A stretch of DNA of 32,414 nt, from the NCBI RefSeq assembly GCF_004010195.1, contig NC_057719.1:67051776-67084189 (forward strand), read 5' to 3'. The stretch comes from Chiloscyllium plagiosum. Taxonomy: Eukaryota. The position numbers were made by a program, and so were the translations under genes. The notes under the pieces were generated by a model. That model was not told the DNA's origin and made no database searches. It saw only the letters and a program-made list of their open reading frames with translations. The number at the start of each line of letters is the position of its first letter. Within the stretch, counting starts at the first letter, position 1. Below are positions 23,521 through 32,414 of this stretch, one piece after another.

Positions 23521-25044
23521 CTTAAAAAAAAAGCAAGGCAAGCAGAACTGAAAAGGTACTCAAAGAGAACATTTATTGTCAAAAAACAGAGTCCATCCAT
23601 GAAAAGGTATGATGTTCTAGGTTACTTATCTCCCATACCTAAGCCAAAGCACCATCACCAATGCAACATATCACACAAGAATTCAAAACTCATTTGGAAA
23701 TGGTGATAGTTTCTTAAAAAGTCTGATTCCTACTTGTACCCTTAAATCGGGTTACAAATCTTCAGATCGCATTTTATTAACTGATCTAATCCAATTACTA
23801 ATACATACATCCCTAACATTTCTTCAAATGAAATTTGATAAATCATATTTTTCCTGTACTGAAGTGAGCTATAGTTATTTAAACTGAAAACATACAGCTA
23901 AAAATATGACTTTCATTGACTCAAATCACAGGAAGAAACGTAGCAGTCTGAATTTAATTCAGTGAAAATGATTAACATTTTCATACTGCTGTCTAGACTC
24001 TTAAATGGTTTTACAGTTAACTCTAATTACTCCCAATTATTAACCATTCTGCATGCCCTGGCTAGGAATATCAAATTTCTATCCACTTTCATATTTTGAT
24101 GAATGCTTGAAAACTCAATAATTTAAACTTAATTTCAAAGTTTAACAAGTTGATATTATCTAATACTAATTGACTTTTAATAGAGATTCACATAAGAGGG
24201 TGACACTGTCAAATACATCATAGGGTGGAATTTTCTCAGTCTAGAATGATGTGGTCAAAGGTGATAAAGTTCAGAAAATATGGCAAGAGAAAAAAAGTCT
24301 CAACACTGAGAAAAACAAAATCCAATTCTTCCCTTATGGTTTTAAAAACTGGATACAAATCTTCAACTTTGCAAGAAGTGAGAGCTGTATTTGCATTTGT
24401 TATTTGATAATGTGATGTTGATCTCATCTCACGCAGCTCACAATGCTCTCAAGCTCCACTGAAACAGTAGATATCACCAATTCACAACTTGAAAACCAGA
24501 ATGGTTACCTCGATGCTGACATGGACTGGTCTCTTGCCTGGCTGTCCAGCACTCCCCAAAATCTTATTTGAAGTGACCACCTGCACTCTCCAGCAACAGA
24601 AGTCAGCATTGTCAAAGGCATCAGCACATCACATCATTAGTGCACACCTCAAACTAAACTTGGAATATAGCTCAGCACCTCAAAACTGCACTTTGGAGCT
24701 CATCAACATCTTAGGTTGCAATTTTGCTGCCAGGCCACTGTGCATGTAGGAAAATGTACCTAGCTCATGCATCAGAACAAGTTGTATTGTTTCAGAGCTG
24801 TTAGGTAAAAACAATGACTGCAGATGCTGGAAACTGTTAGTTTGCTTTCTTAACTATCACTCAGATACTCACAACAGCTTTGTAATATCTTTTTACCTAA
24901 CGTCCCTTCATTCAGAAGTGAATGCTCAGAGTGAACTGCATTGCCTTTGAGCACAGAAAGTCTGGCACATTATTATTGTTGTCAGCACCAACAGCTTTTT
25001 TGTTGGCTGTGTATGGCATTGTGCCACGTCTTATAGCATATGGA

Positions 25045-25290
25045 CACACCACCACCTGGTAGTTCTCCTCCAAGCCACTCACCATCCTGACTTGGAAGCT
25101 TATCAATATTCCTTTACTGTCACTGGGTCAAAACCTTGGAATTTCCTCCCTAAAAGCATTGTGCTGTAGACAGATGCACAGTCATAGAATAGATTGCAGC
25201 AGTTCAAGAAGGCAGCTCACCACACCTCAAGCGCAGCTCGGAACAATCAATAAATGCTGACCCAGCCAGTGACAGCCACATCCCATGAGG
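25045..25290 (+). mobile_element. CR1/L2-group LINE 3' end
   Basis: ggtcaaaaccttggaatttcctcccta...gcagttcaagaaggcagctcaccac...aataaatgctgacccagccag; related copies at ~28975-29125 (+) and ~12930-13025 (-). Confidence 0.65.
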
Positions 25291-25342
25291 TGGGGTGGTA
25301 AATAGTGAGATGGAAAGCTTTTGAGTACAGGCATGTATATAT

Positions 25343-27283
25343 AGAATCACAGATAAAACAGACCCTTCGGTCCAACTCGTCCATGCCAATCAGATATCCC
25401 AACCCAACCTAGTCCCAACTGTTAGCATCCAGCCCATATTCCTCCAAATCCTTCCTATTTATATACCCATCCAAATGCCTTTTAAAATGCAACTGTACCA
25501 GCCTCCACCACTTCCTCTGGCAGCTCATTCCGTACATCCTCTGTGAAAAAGTTGCTCCTTAGGTCCCTTCTATATCTTTCCCCTCTCACCCTAAACCTAT
25601 GCCCTCTAGTTCTGGACTCCCCAACTCCAGGAAAAATACTTTGTCTACTTATCCTATCCATGCCCCTCATGATTTTATAAACCTCTATAACGTCACCCCT
25701 CAGCCTCCGACGCTCCAGGGAAAACAACTCCAGCCTGTCCCTATAGCTCAAATCCTCCAACCCTGGCAACATCCTTACAAATCTTTTCTGAACCCTTTCA
25801 GGTTTCACAGCATCTTCCCGATAGGAAGGAGACCAGAACTGTACGCAATATTCCAAAAGTGGCCTAACCAATGTTCTGTACAGCCGCAACACAACCTCCC
25901 TACACCTCTATTCAATACTCTGACCAATAAAAGGAAAGCATACCAAACACCTTCTTCACTATGCTATCTGCCCGCGACTCCATTTTCAAGGAGTTATGAA
26001 CATGCACCCCAAGGTCTCTTTGCTCAGCAACACTCCCTAGGACCTTATCATTAAGTGTATAAGTCCTGTTAAGATTTGCTTCCCCACATTTATCTAAATT
26101 AAACTCCATCTGCCACTCCTCAGCCCACTGGCCCATCTGATCAAGATCCCATTGTAATCTGAGGTAACTTTCTTCGCTGTCCACTACACCTCCAATTTTG
26201 GTGTCATCTGCAAAACTTACTAACTATACCTCTTATGCTCAAAACATTTATATAAATGACGAAAAGTAGCAGACACAATGCAAATCCTTGTGGCACTCCA
26301 CTGGTCACAGGCCTCCAGTCTGAAAAACAACCCTCCACCACCATTCTCTGTCTTCTACCTTTGAGCCAGTTCTGTATCCAAATGGCTAGTTCTCCTTGTA
26401 CTTCATTGATCTAACCTTACTAACCAGTCTACCACGAGGAACCTTGTCGAGCGCCTTACTGAAGTCCATACAGATCACATCTACAGCTCTGCCCTCATCA
26501 ATTCTCTGTTACTTTGTCAAAAACTCAATTACAATTTGAGAGACATGATTTCCCACACACAAAGCCATGTTGACTATCCCCAATCAGTCCTTGCCTTTCC
26601 AAATACACGTACATCCTGTCCCTCAGGATTCCCTCCAACAACTTGCCCACCACCAGCATCAGGCTCATGGTCTATAGTTCTCTGGCTGGTCCTTACCACC
26701 TTTCTTAAATAGTGGACCACGTTAGCCAACCTCCAGTCTTCCTGCACCTCACCTGTCACCATCGATAATACAAATATCTCAGCAGGGGCCCAGTAACCAC
26801 TTCAGTAGCTTCCTCCAGAGTTCTAGGGTACACCTGATCAGGTCCTGGCGATTTATGCACCTTTATACGTTTCAAGACATCCAGCACTTCATCCTTTGCA
26901 ATATGGACATTTTTCAAGATGTCACCATCTATTTCCCTACATTCTATACCTTCCATGTTCTTTTCCACAGTAAACACTGACGCATAATACTCGTTTAGTA
27001 ATTCCCCCCAACTCCTGCGGTTCCACACAAAGGCTGCCTTGCTGTCCTTTGTGGGGCCTATTGTCTCCCTAGTTACCCTTTTGTCCTTGATGTATTTGTT
27101 AAAACCTTTTAGATTCTCCTTCACCCTATCTGCCAAAGCTATCTCATGTCCCCTTTTTTCCCTCCTGATTTCCCTTAAGTATACTCCTACTGCCTTTATA
27201 CACTTCTAAGGATTCACTCAATCTATCTTGTCTATACTGATATATGCTTCTCTCTTTTTCTTAACCCACTCACTCAATTTCTT
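25343..27283 (-). mobile_element. CR1 LINE, 5'-truncated (~1.9 kb)
   Basis: KSPGPDQVYPRTL, EDWRLANV, LYRTLVRPLLEYCVQFWSP, RRLRGDVIEVYKIM; 3' UTR at 25343-25450. Confidence 0.9.
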
Positions 27284-27720
27284 CTGATCAGTGGCAAATG
27301 GAATTCAACCTAATTGAGTGTGAACTGATGCACTTGAGCAGGACAAACAAGGAAATAATGAATGGCAGGACCTTCAGAAGCACCAAGGATCAGAGGGACA
27401 TTGGTATGCACGCCCAGCATCCCTTAAGGTAGCAAGGCTGGAAGATGAAGTAGTTAATGTATATGGGATATTTGCCTTTATTAGCCAAGGCATATAGTTT
27501 AAAAGTTGGGAAACTGTATAAAACATTGGTTAGGCCACAGCTAGAGCATTGTGTGCAGTTCTGGAATCCATTTTACAGGAAGGATGTAATTCCACTGGAC
27601 AGTGTGCAGAGAATTACCAGATGCTCCCAGGGATGGAGAGTTTTAGTTATGAAGAGTGATTGGAGAGCCTAGCACTGTTTCCCTTGGGGCTGGGATCAAT
27701 GACTAGGGAACATAGAGAAA

Positions 27721-27935
27721 ATTGAAACTTTATTGCTGGAACAGCACAGCAGGTCAGGCAGCATCCAGGGAACAGGAGATTCGACGTTTCGGGCACAGGC
27801 CCTTCTTCCTGAAGAAGGGCCTGTGCCCGAAACGTCGAATCTCCTGTTCCCTGGATGCTTCCTGACCTGCTGTGCTGTTCCAGCAATAAAGTTTCAACTT
27901 TGATCTCCAGCATCTGCAGACCTCACTTTCTCCTC
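27721..27935 (+). mobile_element. Young 215-bp Penelope-like insertion forming an 87-bp-arm palindrome
   Basis: TSD AACATAGAGAAA at 27709-27720 and 27936-27947; arms 27722-27808 and 27811-27897 with one mismatch; 2-nt spacer. Confidence 0.85.
27806..27839 (+). ncRNA. Minimal type I hammerhead ribozyme motif
   Basis: TTC-CTGAAGA-A-GGGC-ctgt-GCCC-GAAA-CGTC-GAA; palindromic ACGT stem III; predicted cleavage after C27836. Confidence 0.65.
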
Positions 27936-28764
27936 AACATAGAGAAAGGTAAGGGGCAGGAGGTTTATTTCTTACAGAGGGTGGTGGCAATCTGAAACCC
28001 TGCCTGTGTGGATGGTAAAAGCAAAACCTTCATAAGTATTTGGATATGCACTTCCAATGCCAAGGCATTGGGCTAAGTGTTGGAAAATGGGATAATAATA
28101 GTTAGGTAGTTGTTTTTAAATCAGCACAGGCTGGGCTGAAGGGTTTTCTTTTACTGTAGACATCTTTCCAGCTGCTCTGAGGTATCAGGTAAATCACTTG
28201 CCCTTCAACTCTCAACTGTGTCTGTAGAAGATACCATCGATTACCCAATTATTCAATTTTCTATATTAATAGATTTCCAACCTGCACCCTAACTTACCAC
28301 ATAAGTGGGATTCTACTGAAAACAGAAAATTGAAAAGATATTTTGCTTATTGTAGTAACAAGTTTAAAACTCACTTCAGCTAACTGATGTTAACAGGATG
28401 TTAAATAATCAAGCCACCTTCCACATGCACTTAGACTGACCAACCATAATCTCTTGGATAACTTTCTACTGAAAAATATGGTACAATTTGGCTAAAATGA
28501 ATTGAACTTCTCAGTTATAAACTAAATTACAAGGAGCATTAAACCACTGTAACACAAGTTCTTAGCTATGCTTTCACATCTAATGAATTGCAAATATTCT
28601 CAGTGACAGTATATTCAAGCTAAACACTTCTGAGAAACATTTCACAGAAATCTTCAAGACTGAGGAAAAATCTGATTCCATGACAACTTTCTTTCACATA
28701 GGAGCGGAAGAAAAGGAAACATTGTGTTCAAACAATAGAAGTTCTTATAATAAACTGCACTTAC

Positions 28765-28913
28765 TGGTAGTAGAATTTATACATTCTTCCAAATTACACA
28801 ACAGTTTAATCTGTGATGATAACCACACACAAAGTTCAGTAAATTCTGAAGAGGACGGCCCCATCTCAACTGCTTTCAAAAGAGCATCCTCTTCTAACAA
28901 GGGTCCATTGTAT
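28765..28913 (-). CDS. FAM98B: FAM98B coding exon 2 (YNGPLLEEDALLKAVEMGPSSSEFTELCVWLSSQIKLLCNLEECINSTT)
   Basis: Acceptor tttttatgatgcag, donor gtaagt; 149 nt, phase 2 to 1; matches FAM98 GYKGPLLEE...ELCxWL...LCNLEE. Confidence 0.95.
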
Positions 28914-28974
28914 CTGCATCATAAAAAAAGGTCTGTGTAACTATTATTAGAAATTGAAAGTGTTATTAAAACAA

Positions 28975-29125
28975 CAGCTGGGTAAAATCTTGGAACTTCC
29001 TTCCCAACAGCATTGTGGGTACATCTACAGCACATGGGCTAGAGCAGTTCATAAAGACAGCTCATGATCATTACGTCAAGTGCAATTAAGGATAGGCAGT
29101 CAATGCTAACTTGCATGCCATTAAA
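28975..29125 (+). mobile_element. CR1/L2-group LINE 3' end (older copy)
   Basis: Similarity to 25125-25270. Confidence 0.55.
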
Positions 29126-29176
29126 GAAAGAAAAGCTAATGTAAGCAACCAAACTATGAGCCAGTAGCATCACTAG

Positions 29177-30640
29177 AATCAGGGAGATATGCACCAATAA
29201 AACAGACCCTTCAGTCCAACTCATCTAGGCCAACAGATGTTCTAAGTTAACCTCACGCCATTTGCCAGCATTTGGCCTTTATCCCTCTAAACCATCTACT
29301 CATATACCCAGAATAGTTGTAACTGTACCAGCCTCTATCATCTTGTCTGGCAGCTCATTCCATACATGCACCACCCTCTGCATGAAAAAGTTGTCCCTTA
29401 AGTCCCTTGTAAATCTTTCCTCTTTCACCTTAAACATGTGTCATCCAGTTTTGGACTCTCCAACCCTGGGGAAAAGACCTTGGCTACTGACCTTATCCAT
29501 GCCCCTCATGATTTTATAGGCCTCTACTGTATACCATTCCTTAGCCTCCAAGACTCCAAGGAAAATAGCCCCAGCCTATTCAGCTGCATGCTATAGCTCA
29601 AACCCTCCAATGCTGGCAACATCCTTGTAAATCTTTTCTGCACCCATTCAGGTTTCTCAACATCTTTTATACAGCAGGGAGATCAGAATTGAACACAGTA
29701 TTCCAAAAGGTGGCCTAACCAATGTCTTGTACAACTGCAAAATGATCTCCTAATTCCTATACTCAACGTACTGACCAATAGAGTCAAGTGTTCCAAATGC
29801 CTTCTTCACTACACTGTGACTACACTTTCAAGAAACTATGAATTTGCATTTCAAGGCCTCTTTGTTTGGCAACACAATCCAGCACCTTACCATTAAGTGT
29901 ATAAGTCCTGCCCTGGTTTGCCCAACCAAAATACAGCACTTCAAATTTACCTAAATTAACCTCCATCAGCCACTCCTTGGACTATTTGCCCACCTCATCA
30001 AGGTCCTGTTGTACTCAGAGGTAATCTTCTTTGCTGTCCCAACACCAATTTTGGTGGCATCTGCAAACTTAATAGTACCCCCTACATTCACATGCAAATC
30101 ATTTTTATAAAATGACAAAAAAAAAGCCAACACTGATCCTTGCAGCACTCACTCGTCACAGACTTCTAGCCCAAAGAGCAACTCTCCACCACCACCCTGT
30201 CTCCTACCGCCGAGCCAATTTTGCTTCCAAATGGTTAGTTCTCCCTGTATTTCATGTGGTCTAACCTTGCTAATCAGTTTACAATGCAGAACCTTGCCTT
30301 GCCTTACTAAAGCCTATGTAGACAACATCCAACAGTCTGCCTTGAATCTTCCTAGACACTCCTGCAAAAAAAACTCAAGTTAATGAGACATGACTTTCGA
30401 TGCACAAAGCCATGATGAGTATCCCTAATCAGTCCTTGCCTTTCCAAATACATGTAAATCTTGTTCCTCAGAATTCCCACCATAGACATCAGGCTCACCA
30501 GTCTATAGTTCCCCAGCTTTTCCTTTCCATCTTTCTTAAATAATGGCATGCTCTGGCATCTCACCCATAGCGATCAATGATACAAGTATCTCAGCAAAGG
30601 GCCCAACAATCATTTCCCCTTGCTTCCACAAAGTTCTAGG
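29177..30640 (-). mobile_element. CR1 LINE, 5'-truncated
   Basis: PLFKK..KEKLGNYRLVSL, HGFVHRKSCL, QGSVL, KFADATKIG; 3' UTR cagacccttcagtcc at ~29200. Confidence 0.88.
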
Positions 30641-30899
30641 GTGCTGCACCACCATATGCCATACTGACGGGACTTGACAGCCCTCCTGCATATAATGTGG
30701 CTGTCCCACGTTGCTTGCCAAGATGTCAGCCTTTGTCCCATATCTTTGATTTCGGCAATTGCATCTACTCTCTCCTCTCCCAAAGTGTGAGCTGCACCAC
30801 CTGATCTATATGACCGACAATAGCACCAACACACAACTCCCTACCCCTTCCATTCTTATGGTCCAAGTGTCACCAGTACTACTCCATGGGAGAAGCACT

Positions 30900-31230
30900 G
30901 ACTGGGTGAAGGTGAAGATGATCTGGAGTAGGGGAGGTGCTGGTGGTGGTAGTCAGGGGGATGGGAGAGGGGGTGGTGGTGGTGGTGTTGGGGCAGCAGG
31001 GTGTTGCTGGTGGTAGTTGTGGGGCAAGGTGGTGGTGGTAGTGGGGGAAGAAGGGAAAGGTGAGAGAGTTGGTGATATCGAGGGGGTGNNNNNNNNNNNN
31101 NNNNNNNNNNNNNNNNNNNNNNAGAGAGGAGAGGGGAGAGTTGGGGAGGGGGGAGCGGTGGGGGGTAGTGGGAGAGTTGGTGAAACTGTGCAGGGAGGGG
31201 AGGTGCTTGTAGCGAGAGGGGGAGCTCTCC
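30900..31230. repeat. G-rich low-complexity tract (GGT/GGGGA), containing a 34-N gap at 31089-31122
   Basis: Direct inspection. Confidence 0.85.
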
Positions 31231-31379
31231 CCGTGGTTGGGGCAGTATGAGTGAATGACCACAGTGGGTCCCTGTGCTGGAAGCCCACCCCCTCCCCATT
31301 CATTCCCCTGCAGCAACAGGACAGGGAGAACCCATCTCACCACTTCGCTCCTCTGGTTTTTTTTAAAACTAAGAGAGTA

Positions 31380-31795
31380 AGAAGACCTAATAAACCCTTC
31401 GGCGGCAGATCGGATGCTGGACCCTGCAGGAAAAGGCGGCTCACCCCAGGGCTTCCAGCGTGTCCAGGACATCCCCCTCCAAGGCCATGGTGACACAGGG
31501 TAAGGGTAAGGGCCCACAGCAAGCCCGAGGCCAAGGCCCCGACCAGTCGATCGGCACACAGCAGCCTCAACACGGGATCAGCTCAGGCGCCACTAGGCCC
31601 CTCTCTCGGTGTATTTGCCGATGCCGCTGCTTTCAAACCTCCTCCCGCTCCTTTTGTTGCAGAAGGAAACGTCAAGAGGCGCCTCCACCTCCTCGCTTGG
31701 AAAATAAACCCCACTAAAGCCCTGCTCGACATCCACAAGCAGCGCCGCCCTGCTGGCCGGCCCTCCGAAGCACGTGCATGAAGACCAATCATAGT
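31380..31795 (-). promoter_or_regulatory. GC/CpG-rich promoter and 5' UTR region of FAM98B
   Basis: CpG-rich relative to the rest of the window; GC box CCGCCC 31745-31750, E-box CACGTG 31771-31776, GACCAATCA (CCAAT 31785-31789); TSS not determinable. Confidence 0.7.
31445..31488 (-). CDS. FAM98B: FAM98B coding exon 1 (MALEGDVLDTLEAL-G)
   Basis: ATG at 31488 in strong Kozak context GTCACCATGG; peptide matches FAM98B N-terminus (EGDVLDTLEALG); donor GG|GTGAGC, phase 2. Confidence 0.93.
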
Positions 31796-31817
31796 TTAAA
31801 TCAACATATACTTCACA

Positions 31818-32145
31818 GGGGGCTAACACCTTCAACATATTGTCTAGCAATCACCATTGTTAACAGCTAACCCGAGAATGCAACTTTTTTAAAAAAAAGT
31901 TTTGTGATTTACACATGAAAGAAGTGAAACTGACATGGTATTCTAACAGATGAAAGGCTTAATAGACAATCGATTTTTCAATGTATAATTTCAGTTACAT
32001 CACACTGTAAATGTTTGCTATAAATTCTGTTAGGATTGAGCCCTCCACTACCACCTGATGAAGGAGCGATGCTACGAAAGCTAGTGTGCTTTCAATTAAA
32101 CCTGTTGAACTATAACCAGGTGTTGTGTGATTTTTTTAACTTTAT
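31818..32145 (+). mobile_element. Penelope-like element 3' end / pLTR
   Basis: Hammerhead motif followed by caattaaacctgttgaactataaccaggtgttgtgtgatttt, a terminus I recognise as typical of shark PLEs. Confidence 0.65.
32052..32086 (+). ncRNA. Minimal type I hammerhead ribozyme motif
   Basis: CAC-CTGATGA-A-GGAGC-gat-GCTAC-GAAA-GCTA-GTG; palindromic AGCT stem III; one stem II mismatch; predicted cleavage after A32083. Confidence 0.65.
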
Positions 32146-32159
32146 ACTTAATATAGTCC

Positions 32160-32325
32160 GAGAAATGTAAATCAAGGAAACAGACCCTTCGGGCCACCTG
32201 GTCCATGCCAACGGATATCTTAAATGAATCTGGTCCCATTTGCTAGTATTTGGCCCGTGCCCCTGTACACCCTTCCTATTTCATGTACCCATTCAGATGC
32301 CTTTTTAAATGTAATCATACCAGTA
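32160..32325 (-). mobile_element. CR1 3' UTR fragment
   Basis: ggaaacagacccttcgg...tccatgcc...cccttcctatt, homologous to 7380-7520 and 25355-25500. Confidence 0.75.
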
Positions 32326-32414
32326 GCGGGGCTCAGGCCTCTGGCACGGAGCCTGTCCCCGTTACTCAGAAGGGAAGGGTGGAGAAGAGCAGAGCAATAG
32401 TAATTGGGGACTCG

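Larger units (their letters stand above)
27284..28160 (+). mobile_element. CR1 3' part, interrupted by a Penelope-like palindrome
   Basis: WQMEFN..ECE.MHL, LYKTLVRPQLEHCVQFWNP; 3' gggctgaaggg motif. Confidence 0.8.

Noticed and set aside
25343..28160. Head-to-head CR1 pair as one 5'-inverted insertion
   Set aside because: Each has its own 3' end, they cover overlapping ORF2 regions with different sequence, and no shared TSD was found
30856..31850. Long ORFs around exon 1 (up to 226 aa)
   Set aside because: Products of GC-rich and low-complexity sequence and N gaps; not in the FAM98B frame
27806..32086. Functional link between hammerhead products (2',3'-cyclic phosphate, 5'-OH) and FAM98B as an RTCB ligase subunit
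   Set aside because: The chemistry matches, but these PLE fragments appear to be abundant dispersed repeats, so co-location is expected by chance
1..32414. CRISPR array, retron or other prokaryotic system
   Set aside because: No repeat-spacer array or operon; all RT-like ORFs are broken LINE remnants within a spliced vertebrate gene

Overview
Vertebrate genomic DNA, not prokaryotic. The repeat landscape (CR1-dominated, plus L1, RTE, Penelope-like and Deu-domain SINE relics) suggests a cartilaginous fish; this is inference. The window holds coding exons 1-7 of a minus-strand FAM98B gene (876 nt, 292 codons, all GT-AG, phases consistent) with its GC-rich promoter at ~31.4-31.8 kb. The expected Gly/Arg-rich last exon 8 is not in the window and should lie left of position 1. 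Most of the rest is decayed, often nested transposable elements, including a ~5-kb L1 with a 12-bp TSD inside an RTE LINE, about ten CR1 fragments, a solo LTR, three pogo/Tigger-like MITEs and several Penelope-like fragments. The most notable non-coding signal is a set of minimal hammerhead ribozyme motifs in the Penelope-like fragments, one inside a young 215-bp near-perfect palindrome with a 12-bp TSD. Two assembly gaps are present. The supplied ORFs are mostly TE remnants or noise. I found no convincing wholly new biological system; family names come from motif recognition, not database searches, and TE boundaries are approximate unless a TSD is cited.
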